This document shows, one piece after another, positions 15,364 to 23,840 of a stretch of 62,781 nt of DNA (position 1 is the stretch's first letter; each line of letters opens with the position of its first letter). The position numbers were made by a program, and so were the translations under genes. Under the pieces are notes generated by a model. That model ran no database searches. It was not told where the DNA came from and worked only from the letters and a program-made list of their open reading frames with translations. Source of the stretch: a virus; IMG/VR virus record IMGVR_UViG_3300017746_000009, positions 1 through 62,781 of that record. One strand, written 5' to 3'.

Positions 15364-16874
15364 TATATGTCTTTTTCCGTAAAGTCTTGGGTATCTAATA
15401 AGTCGTCATTATTATTGTATTCAAACTCATCAATAAACCACACATTAGTTCCTCTACCCTTTATATTAAAAAACTTATGATTAGCTTTGAGGTCTCTTAG
15501 TTTTGATGCTATACGGTTAGTTTCCATGTCTGTAAACCTATGTTTACTTAGATAGTCTTTTAAATCTTTAATTCTAAAATATGTTTTACCTTCTTCAGTA
15601 AAAGGCTTACCTAATAATATTTCATCTCTAGTATTTGCCTGTGCCATATCTGTACAGAAAGATTCAAGCAGTTCCATAAACTGACCTTCTATAGTAACAT
15701 CATCACTTACCTCTATAATTTCCATACCAGAGTCCATTAGACTTTGTATTAAGTTTTGCCAAGAACGGTCTTGCATACGGGGTGGCATAATATTTAAAAT
15801 TTCCATACAAGCTCTTTGAAACTTTATTTGGTTTTGTAGCTGTTCTGTGTTAAGTTCCAACCTTTTATCATCTATAGATAAAAACCATAAAGGTGGCTTA
15901 GTGTCTAACTTAGATAAACTAGAAAAAGTAGGTGTAGTATTACCTCCACCAACACCATACTTACAACCACGACAACGTGATACATCACAATATGATTTTA
16001 TAGGTTCATCAGAACATTTATAGTTGTATTCTTTTTTCTTTAACGTGCCTATTAGTGTTAGCACCTCTTGAGCAGGCAGAGGAGGATGCACATACTTCCT
16101 ATTATATTCTTCTATTTCTGTTTCCCAAGACTCAGGTTTAGATTTTTTCAAATAAACGCCAACATTGAACAGACCGTTATTACGTGTACCTTCTGGAAAC
16201 CCTTGTTTTAATAATACTTGTAAGCAAGGAGGACCGTCTTTTATGTCATCTAGTGTAGGTACTTCTAATTCTATTAAATCTTGATGAGATATAGACCTAC
16301 CTTCTACAAACTCTATGAACTTTTCTACAGAAAGGGCTTTAGCTTCTGCATCAAAAGCATAACGCAGTGATTCATCCCCCTGAAAATATGGCATGTTTAG
16401 CCAAGAGCCGATGTCTCCTCTATCAACTAATATTTCTCTTTGTTTAGGAAATATCTCTACTCCTCCGTAACCTAGTCCTGCTGATATTTCTCTAAGTTTA
16501 TCTTGCATGTCTCCAGCAGGTACGTTTTCTTGTAGAAAACAAAACACATGAGCTCCTCCACTTTTACTACGACAAACAACTAACGGAAGTTTAAACTCTT
16601 CTATTTTTAATACTAATTTTTCTAGGTTAAGAGAATATATATCAATATCGATAGCTCCCCATTTAACAGAATTTTCTTCATCAATAGGTATTATTCCTAA
16701 ACCTTTTTCTCCAGATAAATGGTCTGACCAATGATTAACACTTGCTCCTACGGTTTTTATAGTTTTAGCTTGTCCTTGGGTTTTTTGACCTAATGAACCA
16801 TTTTCTACTACAAAACTACCATGTGCTCTGGCTGATCCATGAAAAATGTTGTACAGTTTTTGTGCAGTTTCCAA
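15363..16874 (-). CDS. archaeo-eukaryotic-primase (AEP) type primase-polymerase with a C-terminal Cys-cluster domain
   Basis: GAIDIDIY (DxD) and SKSGGAHVFCF (sGxH) are AEP motifs I and II. The later CSDEPIKSYCDVSRCRGCKYG is zinc-finger-like. Confidence 0.6.
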   Translation of the reverse strand: METAQKLYNIFHGSARAHGSFVVENGSLGQKTQGQAKTIKTVGASVNHWSDHLSGEKGLGIIPIDEENSVKWGAIDIDIYSLNLEKLVLKIEEFKLPLVVCRSKSGGAHVFCFLQENVPAGDMQDKLREISAGLGYGGVEIFPKQREILVDRGDIGSWLNMPYFQGDESLRYAFDAEAKALSVEKFIEFVEGRSISHQDLIELEVPTLDDIKDGPPCLQVLLKQGFPEGTRNNGLFNVGVYLKKSKPESWETEIEEYNRKYVHPPLPAQEVLTLIGTLKKKEYNYKCSDEPIKSYCDVSRCRGCKYGVGGGNTTPTFSSLSKLDTKPPLWFLSIDDKRLELNTEQLQNQIKFQRACMEILNIMPPRMQDRSWQNLIQSLMDSGMEIIEVSDDVTIEGQFMELLESFCTDMAQANTRDEILLGKPFTEEGKTYFRIKDLKDYLSKHRFTDMETNRIASKLRDLKANHKFFNIKGRGTNVWFIDEFEYNNNDDLLDTQDFTEKDI

Positions 16875-16925
16875 CTGTTATACTCCATCTGCGGAGCGAG
16901 GGTTAACTCGCTCCACGGTTTTAAA

Positions 16926-17738
16926 TTAAAATGGAGCTTCTGTATTAGCTTCGCTTGTGTTATAACTATTCTCAAAATTAATTGAACTTGCAAACTCTTT
17001 AGCAGCAGTATAGAGATAAGTCTCAGTTTCAGTAAGAGGACTATCTAGCTCTATGTTCCAACTAAACCAATTACCTTTATCGTTTGATTCAGCTACAGTG
17101 CTCAGTTTATATTTATGGCTATAAGAAGGAGGAGTAAACACGTTACCGCTCGCAGATTTAATTTTAATACTAGCCATAACAGAGTTCCAAGTTCTAGACC
17201 TTTTTAGTTGTGTTCCCGCCATAGGTATCATAACCTGTTGGAAAGAGTCACCGCTTATAACTAAACAATAATGGTTAGCTGAAGTTTGTATGTAGTTACC
17301 ATTCGGTAATACATCTTGTCCAGAACTATCTTTTTTAGTTTGTCCTAAAATATTTGTATCTGTGTGTTGATTGATTAGTCCACCCCCGTTCTCTCTGGGT
17401 TGCCACTCTAAAAACATTCTTTTGTAAGCTACGGGAATTACTAAACAACCTGTCTCTTCTGTAAATAAGTCTTTAGTTACAGTATTAGTAATATCCCCAG
17501 AAGCAGCACCTTCTATATACTTACCATCGTTTTTATTTACTTCTGGGCTTAACGCTTGAAGTATTTTTAAACGAGGAATAGTAAGGTCTTCTGCTGTGAC
17601 GTTTTCTAAACCACTACCTGCGTCTTCTTCAAACATCGAAGTTGCAGCTATAGCGGTAGATTTTTTCTCAGCTATTTCTTTATTTTCAGTTATTGGTTCT
17701 TCTTTAGTCTCAACTACTGGTCCATTGTTATCTGTCAT
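16926..17738 (-). CDS. hypothetical replication/recombination-module protein (acidic disordered N-terminus)
   Basis: 270-aa ORF between the primase and the first gene of the array; the motif TIPRLKILQALS is noted but no family is assigned. Confidence 0.6.
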   Translation of the reverse strand: MTDNNGPVVETKEEPITENKEIAEKKSTAIAATSMFEEDAGSGLENVTAEDLTIPRLKILQALSPEVNKNDGKYIEGAASGDITNTVTKDLFTEETGCLVIPVAYKRMFLEWQPRENGGGLINQHTDTNILGQTKKDSSGQDVLPNGNYIQTSANHYCLVISGDSFQQVMIPMAGTQLKRSRTWNSVMASIKIKSASGNVFTPPSYSHKYKLSTVAESNDKGNWFSWNIELDSPLTETETYLYTAAKEFASSINFENSYNTSEANTEAPF

Positions 17739-18289
17739 TTTTTCACCTTTATTTTTTGACCCACATATACGTTAAAGGTTTCCAGAGGGAGGTCATTGCC
17801 TCTTTCTACCTGCTCTTTTACTACAGCTTTTAAAGTCATAGGTTCTACCCACTTTTTTTGTTGAAGCGAGTGTCCTTCAGTCTCTAGCTGAAGCATGAGT
17901 TCCTCAGCCTGCTCGTCTTGGCCTCTTCCGAAGTTAGCCGATACAGTATTTTTTATAACATCCCCTAGTCCGTTTGCCTCTAGCCAATTAAAGCAAAGGT
18001 CACGGTTTTCAGGAGTTATTCTCGCAGAGTAGTATTGTTGTATTGACATACTTGTACCATCTGCTAGTTTAAATTCACTAACTCCCAGCTCTCTAAGTTT
18101 ATTAGGAAGTAAGTCTTCACTAATTTCTTTGTGGCTTTCTTTTAGTTTCTTTAAATGTTCTTCTTGGGTTTCTATTTCTTCTTCTAGATTTGATAACCTT
18201 CTACCCATCTCACTTATATTACTTAGGTCATCTCCTTTTATATCTACTTCACTATCTTTTTCCATAGCTTCGTACAGTTTATTAGTCAT
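17735..18289 (-). CDS. hypothetical coiled-coil protein, first gene of the leftward array
   Basis: GGAGAG RBS before the ATG at 18289; heptad-rich LSNLEEEIETQEEHLKKLKESHKEISEDL. Confidence 0.6.
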   Translation of the reverse strand: MTNKLYEAMEKDSEVDIKGDDLSNISEMGRRLSNLEEEIETQEEHLKKLKESHKEISEDLLPNKLRELGVSEFKLADGTSMSIQQYYSARITPENRDLCFNWLEANGLGDVIKNTVSANFGRGQDEQAEELMLQLETEGHSLQQKKWVEPMTLKAVVKEQVERGNDLPLETFNVYVGQKIKVKK

Positions 18290-18568
18290 AGTTTATACTC
18301 TCCAGTTTTTTATATTTATCAAGCTTCTCGATTTTATACTTTATCTGTAAAAAAATAAATAAATATTTACACAACAAGTTGGCTATGTGTCTTTTATGGT
18401 TCAAGACTCTAGGCAGCACAGCCACTACCTCTACTACTACCCTATTATTATAGGGCGAAATAAATTTTATAAAAGGAAGCGTCCTAAATATTTAAGTTTA
18501 TCTAATAACTTAATAGGCAAGAGTCGCATAACCGTAGGGTAATTAACTATGCTTTAAATATTACCAAC

Positions 18569-18595
18569 CCTATTAGCGACCTATTAGCTATTAGC
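18569..18595. promoter_or_regulatory. Three tandem CCTATTAGC-type half-sites (cctattagcgacctattagctattagc) in the divergent intergenic region
   Basis: Read directly. The first 20 nt recur as a reverse complement at 60083-60102, and the last 16 nt recur directly at 59871-59886. Confidence 0.5.
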
Positions 18596-18609
18596 AGTTA
18601 TGCTAAAAC

Positions 18610-20106
18610 ATGTATAAGAACTTACCGTTTTTAAATTATAATATTGACAAACACCTATTATTAATGGACTTTTTATTCAAAACTAAACCCTACGACCACC
18701 AATTAGAAGCTTTAGAAAAATCTTTTAATAAAGAAGAGTTTGCTTTATTTATGGAGATGGGTTGTGGTAAATCAAAAGTAGTTATAGATAACTTTGTACA
18801 TTTACACAGAGAAGGAAAAATAAACGGTGTGTTGATTATAGCTCCTAAAGGAGTTTATGATACATGGTATAGTAAAGAAATACCGAACCACGTACCAGAA
18901 GAAATAAATTATTACTGTGTAAAGTGGTCAAACGCTAATACAAAAAAGAAACAAAAAGAAATAGAAGGTCTCTACGAAAATGAAGAAACATTAAATATAT
19001 TTATTATGAATGTTGAGGCTCTAAGCACAAAAGTAGGAACTCAAAGAGCTACAGATTTTCTATTTAAACGAAAGTGTATGTTTATTATAGATGAAAGCAC
19101 TACTATAAAAAACCATATGGCTAAACGTACACAAAATACTGTACGGATAGGAAAGTATGCATACTATAAAAGGATCCTTACAGGCTCTCCAGTTACAAAA
19201 AGTCCTCTTGACCTATATAGCCAGTCATATTTTTTAGACCCTTCTCTGCTGGGCTTTAGTAGTTACTTTGCATTTAGAAATAGATACGCTGATTTAATCG
19301 ATAGAACACTCGGTAACGGTAGAACATTTAAACATATAGTAGGTTATAAAAACTTGACAGAACTAAATGAGAAACTAAACTCTTTTAGTTATCGTGTGTT
19401 AAAAAAAGATTGTTTAGATTTACCAGATAAAGTTTATCTTAAAAGAAAGATAGCTATGACAGATGAACAAAAACGTGTGTATAAAGATATACAGAAAAAA
19501 GCCAATGCTGTATTAACTCAAGGAACAGTTACAATCAATCACATAATAACACAGATTATACGTCTTCATCAAATATCTTGTGGGTTTGTAGGTTTAGATG
19601 GAGGAGGGATTACGGAACTTAAATCTCAAAGGTTGCCTGAGCTTTTAGAAATACTAGAAGAAACAGACGGTAAAGTAATTATCTGGGCAAATTATAGACA
19701 CGATATACAAAAAATAGAAGCAGAACTTACTAGAATATACGGACAAGGAACGGTAGGAACTTATTACGGAGATGTACCACAGGAAAGAAGAGAAGAAGTA
19801 ATTAATTTATTCCAAGATCCAGAAAGTAGTCTTAGGTTTTTTGTAGGTAACACTCAAACGGGTGGTTATGGTATAACACTTACTGAAGCAAGCACCGTAA
19901 TTTACTACAGTAACAACTATGATTTAGAAAAACGTCTGCAGTCAGAAGACCGTGCTCATCGTATAGGTCAAAAAAATAAAGTAACCTACATAGATATAGT
20001 TTGTGAACGCACCGTAGATGAAAAAATAGTAACAGCTTTACGTAGAAAACAAAATATAGCTCAAACTGTTCTAGGTGAAGACCACTGGAAAAACTGGCTT
20101 TTGTAA
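18610..20106 (+). CDS. SNF2-family (SF2) helicase/ATPase
   Basis: FMEMGCGKSKV (motif I), IIDESTTIKN (DExx box) and GNTQTGGYGITLTEASTVIYYSNNYDLEKRLQSEDRAHRIGQKNKV (motifs V-VI). It is the only plus-strand gene. Confidence 0.9.
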   Translation: MYKNLPFLNYNIDKHLLLMDFLFKTKPYDHQLEALEKSFNKEEFALFMEMGCGKSKVVIDNFVHLHREGKINGVLIIAPKGVYDTWYSKEIPNHVPEEINYYCVKWSNANTKKKQKEIEGLYENEETLNIFIMNVEALSTKVGTQRATDFLFKRKCMFIIDESTTIKNHMAKRTQNTVRIGKYAYYKRILTGSPVTKSPLDLYSQSYFLDPSLLGFSSYFAFRNRYADLIDRTLGNGRTFKHIVGYKNLTELNEKLNSFSYRVLKKDCLDLPDKVYLKRKIAMTDEQKRVYKDIQKKANAVLTQGTVTINHIITQIIRLHQISCGFVGLDGGGITELKSQRLPELLEILEETDGKVIIWANYRHDIQKIEAELTRIYGQGTVGTYYGDVPQERREEVINLFQDPESSLRFFVGNTQTGGYGITLTEASTVIYYSNNYDLEKRLQSEDRAHRIGQKNKVTYIDIVCERTVDEKIVTALRRKQNIAQTVLGEDHWKNWLL

Positions 20107-20850
20107 TTAACCTCTACCTAGCTGGGAAAAGTCCATTTCACCAAGGTTTCCAATATCTATACCTAGTGGGTTCATACCTAATGGGCTTAAACCTAAGGTT
20201 GGTATTCCCATGAGTGGTATTTGACCATACGTTTCTGATGGTTCTATGTTTAACATAGCAGAAGGTGGAAGAGTCACTTCACCCATATTATTAATATATG
20301 ATACTGCTCCTGGCTCTTGTAAAAATCTAGAAAATGTGTCTCTTTGCATGTCCATAAGATCTCTTGTGTTTTTATCGCTTAGTGAAGCTATACCACCCAT
20401 TTCTTCTATAGCATTAACTATTGGTGAGTATTGTACCATAGCGGGAGCATTATTCAATAAACCTAAACTACCAGCCCCGTTTTGAATTAAGTTTTTAGCG
20501 TTATTGAGTATACCAAATTTCCCAGCACCACTTTGAATTAAGTCTTCAGCGTTATTGAGTACACCAAATTTCCCAGCACCACTTTGAATTAAGTCTTCAG
20601 CGTTATTAAGTAAGCCAAGTTTTCCAATACCTTCTTGAAGCATGCTAGGAGCATTACCGAGCAGACCTCCTTTAGTCTTAGAATCAATAAGCTCTTTAAC
20701 TGAAAGTTGAGGAGAATTACCTCTAAAACCAAATATATCGTCTACACCTAGATCTCCTATACCTCCACCAGCAATAATTTTTTTATTAACAGCTTTAGTA
20801 TAGTCTCCTGGGAATCTACCTAATATTTTTCCTATAAGACCACTTATCAT
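20107..20850 (-). CDS. Gly/Leu/Asn-rich hypothetical (virion-module) protein with 17-aa tandem repeats
   Basis: Last ORF of the late array; it contains LLNNAEDLIQSGAGKFG-type repeats. Confidence 0.6.
   Translation of the reverse strand: MISGLIGKILGRFPGDYTKAVNKKIIAGGGIGDLGVDDIFGFRGNSPQLSVKELIDSKTKGGLLGNAPSMLQEGIGKLGLLNNAEDLIQSGAGKFGVLNNAEDLIQSGAGKFGILNNAKNLIQNGAGSLGLLNNAPAMVQYSPIVNAIEEMGGIASLSDKNTRDLMDMQRDTFSRFLQEPGAVSYINNMGEVTLPPSAMLNIEPSETYGQIPLMGIPTLGLSPLGMNPLGIDIGNLGEMDFSQLGRG
20481..20633. repeat. 3 x 51-bp tandem repeat inside ORF 20107-20850
   Basis: tttgaattaagt(t/c)tt(t/c)agcgttattgagta(t/c)accaaatttcccagcaccac at 20481 and 20532, with a diverged copy at 20583. Confidence 0.85.
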
Positions 20851-23840
20851 TACGCACCAAACCTGTATTTAAGTGGCATGCCTAGTTTTTTCTGCACGTG
20901 ACCCCCTCTGTTTAATTGTTCTTGAAATCCCGGACCAAAGAGTGTAGTTTCTTCTTTTGTAACATCTGACTGTAAATCTGCGTCAAAGGTTCCTGAAGTA
21001 TCTCCATAGATTCTACCTAAGAATCTAACAAGTCCTCTAACCACTGGATTTTTTTGCCATCTGTTTTCTATCATAGCCTTATATAATAACTCGGGTTCTC
21101 TTAAATATTGTAATTTTTTTCTACCAAGTTCAGCTCCACCTATGGTTTTCGCTGCAGTTAGTACACGTCCTGGAGTTGTAAATAAACCAACATAAGCACG
21201 TGCTAAAGAATTAGTAGCCTGTAACACAGCATTATCTTCTTTAGTCAGTGCTTTACCACTTCTGTTATCAAAAGGAGATAATTTTTTACTGATATTACCT
21301 AAGTTTTCTACAAACTCCTCACCAAACCAAAGAGACATGGCGTCACCATATTCATCAACATACTTAGCTATTGCTTTTCCACTAAAAGCATCACGACCGA
21401 AAGTACCCGAACTGGTTGTTTTATCAATAAAGTCTTTATATATGTAGGCTTTGTATGAATCTTTTAGACCTTCATCACCTACCTCAGAAACAGCATTAAA
21501 TAAAGCACGAGTTGGTGTAATTTTACCAGCTTTCCATGTTGTAGTAAAAACATCCTCAGGGTTGGTAAGGTCAACGACTATTCCTAGATTTTGTAAATCA
21601 GGGTCTCTTGCAGCTTTTTGTTGTGCTTCTTTGAGTGATAGTTCTCTGGCTTTAAATTTTCTAATAAAATTTTCAGCATTATTAAACTGAAGTAGTTCAT
21701 CTTCGTCAAAGAATTTTTTTACTATATCTCCGTTTTGTTTTAACCAATTATTTAAGGCTTCTTCACCTTTAGGGCTAATTTGACCGCCTTGTTCTTTTAA
21801 AACTTTATTATAAAAATCATTTATCACACCTTTTTTTAAACCTTGAAGACCCGACTCATTTATTGGGTCTAATAAAATTTTGTCAATAAATTCAGGGCTA
21901 CTCAATGTGCCGTCTGTACTTTTAGTAATATTGCCTCTTAAAAAATTCAACACACTGTCGTACGCTTGTTTATCTCCTTTTTTAAATAAATTAGTACTCG
22001 CTTCTTGTAAACTGAAAAACCTTGAAGTAAGATCATTATTAAAATCATCATTAAACTGTCTATACTCTAGTTCTGCTTCTTTAAAAACCTTACTACCTTC
22101 TGTGTTTTTCCCTAGTGCGTTTTTACGAACTTTTAATAATTCATCTCGTACACTAATAAGAGGTCCAAGGTCTCTGCCTTTATTTGCAGCATCAGTAATT
22201 AAACTTCGTATACTAGACAGATCACTATCGTAGGCTTTTTTACTTTGTTTAGGATTGTCAGATATTTTTTTCAAAAGGTTTGTCACTATTTTTCTTTGAT
22301 CTCTATCGGGTAATGCTTGGTCTAAAAGTCTTCTATCAAATGTTTTTAAAAAAGAAGTCATACTAGATAAGTCAAAAGGTTTACCTCTGTTTAAATTAGC
22401 GATTTTTGCAGATTCTTCAAACTTAGCGTCTACTTTTTTATACGCAGCATCTTTTACCTTCATAGACCCTTCTCTAATTTGCCTACCTGCTGTATTAAAA
22501 TCTAATTTACCTTCGGTAAGGTCTCTAAACAGAGTATCTGTTTCGTCAGAAAATTTAATTATTTCATCGTCAGCTTGTTTTAAAAGAGGATCTAAACCTA
22601 TACCTTCGTATGCAACTGCTTGAAACTCTCTACCTTGTGTTTGTTTTTCAAAACTACCACTTTCATAATCTGCTGTTTCTCTGTTTGTTCCTGCCCCTTC
22701 GAACTCACCTTCTATTTTTTGTCTGCCTTCAAGTTCTTGTTTAGCATATTTTTCTCTTAGTGCTGCTCCTGAAGGACTATCTCCTTCAGCGACTTTTCTT
22801 AAACTTTCTTCTACTTCTTCTGCGGGGCTTTTTATAATTTTATTTGGGTCTTCTGCAGCAGCAGCGATCACCACCTGAGGAGAAGTAAGGTCGTTTATTT
22901 CTCCACCTTCTTTTTTTACCGCATCAAAAGATTCAATAAACTCATCTTCATCTAGTGGAAAGTTTTTTCCAGGGTTTCTTACACCAAAAGCAACTTTTGC
23001 TAACTTAAATGCTGCTGTTCCTCCGATACCTGCAAGAGCGGTAAAACCAGCGTCTTTCATTGCTTGAACGTTTTTATTGTAGCCTTCTGGTAAATAACCC
23101 TCTTCGTCAAGATAGTCTAAATTTTGTAGTCGCCAAAGATAAGTAGCTAAGACTTCTGAAGCAATACCCACTGAAACAGGATTAAGTACTCCTCCAGTAA
23201 GTGGTGCGGTAAAAACACCACCATAACCACCAGCTAGGGCTGCACTTATTTCTACAGCAAGAGGCTCAGCGAAAGCAAAAAAGTCTCCTGAGTTAATTCC
23301 TGGAGGATTAATCAAAGTTGGTTTATTATCATTTTGTGGATCATTAAAAATCAACCTGTTTGTGTTAGGTTCTACTCTTACATTATAGTCGTAAGTTCTA
23401 GGTATATCATAGTCGTTTGAATAATTTTTTTGCAAAATTTTTGTAACAGAATCTAAGTTTCCACGGACATCGTTCGGTAGTAATTCTAACTGACGTATTA
23501 CATCTCCTTTAGCACCACCAGTAACATCTACACCACTGTACTCGGCTCTTACTTCAGGAGGAGCAGTGTTTAAATAGTTCTCTATAAAATATGGGTCATC
23601 TGCTAAAATACCTTTACGTATAGCCTCTTGAAGATTTCCTTGAGCTGTAGGATCGATTTGATCAAATTGAACTCTTGGGTTACTCAAACCCAAGTTTCCA
23701 GCAAAATCCCTGTATCCATATTTACTTAAATTTTGTATTTCTATTTCTCTAGCAGATTTTGCATCTTGATTAATAGCTAAAGAACCACTCTCATAATCTT
23801 CAAGCAGTTGATCTAAGTCTATGATATCGTTAGTTGCCAT
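20850..23840 (-). CDS. large virion protein (996 aa; putative internal/ejection protein)
   Basis: Very long ORF in a run of four large proteins after the tail and lysis genes, as in podoviral internal-core gene sets; no catalytic motif recognised. Confidence 0.45.
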   Translation of the reverse strand: MATNDIIDLDQLLEDYESGSLAINQDAKSAREIEIQNLSKYGYRDFAGNLGLSNPRVQFDQIDPTAQGNLQEAIRKGILADDPYFIENYLNTAPPEVRAEYSGVDVTGGAKGDVIRQLELLPNDVRGNLDSVTKILQKNYSNDYDIPRTYDYNVRVEPNTNRLIFNDPQNDNKPTLINPPGINSGDFFAFAEPLAVEISAALAGGYGGVFTAPLTGGVLNPVSVGIASEVLATYLWRLQNLDYLDEEGYLPEGYNKNVQAMKDAGFTALAGIGGTAAFKLAKVAFGVRNPGKNFPLDEDEFIESFDAVKKEGGEINDLTSPQVVIAAAAEDPNKIIKSPAEEVEESLRKVAEGDSPSGAALREKYAKQELEGRQKIEGEFEGAGTNRETADYESGSFEKQTQGREFQAVAYEGIGLDPLLKQADDEIIKFSDETDTLFRDLTEGKLDFNTAGRQIREGSMKVKDAAYKKVDAKFEESAKIANLNRGKPFDLSSMTSFLKTFDRRLLDQALPDRDQRKIVTNLLKKISDNPKQSKKAYDSDLSSIRSLITDAANKGRDLGPLISVRDELLKVRKNALGKNTEGSKVFKEAELEYRQFNDDFNNDLTSRFFSLQEASTNLFKKGDKQAYDSVLNFLRGNITKSTDGTLSSPEFIDKILLDPINESGLQGLKKGVINDFYNKVLKEQGGQISPKGEEALNNWLKQNGDIVKKFFDEDELLQFNNAENFIRKFKARELSLKEAQQKAARDPDLQNLGIVVDLTNPEDVFTTTWKAGKITPTRALFNAVSEVGDEGLKDSYKAYIYKDFIDKTTSSGTFGRDAFSGKAIAKYVDEYGDAMSLWFGEEFVENLGNISKKLSPFDNRSGKALTKEDNAVLQATNSLARAYVGLFTTPGRVLTAAKTIGGAELGRKKLQYLREPELLYKAMIENRWQKNPVVRGLVRFLGRIYGDTSGTFDADLQSDVTKEETTLFGPGFQEQLNRGGHVQKKLGMPLKYRFGA

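Noticed and set aside
16808-16993. 61-aa minus-strand ORF spanning the primase start and the end of the upstream gene
   Set aside because: It overlaps two well-supported genes in another frame, has no RBS and shows no recognisable features.
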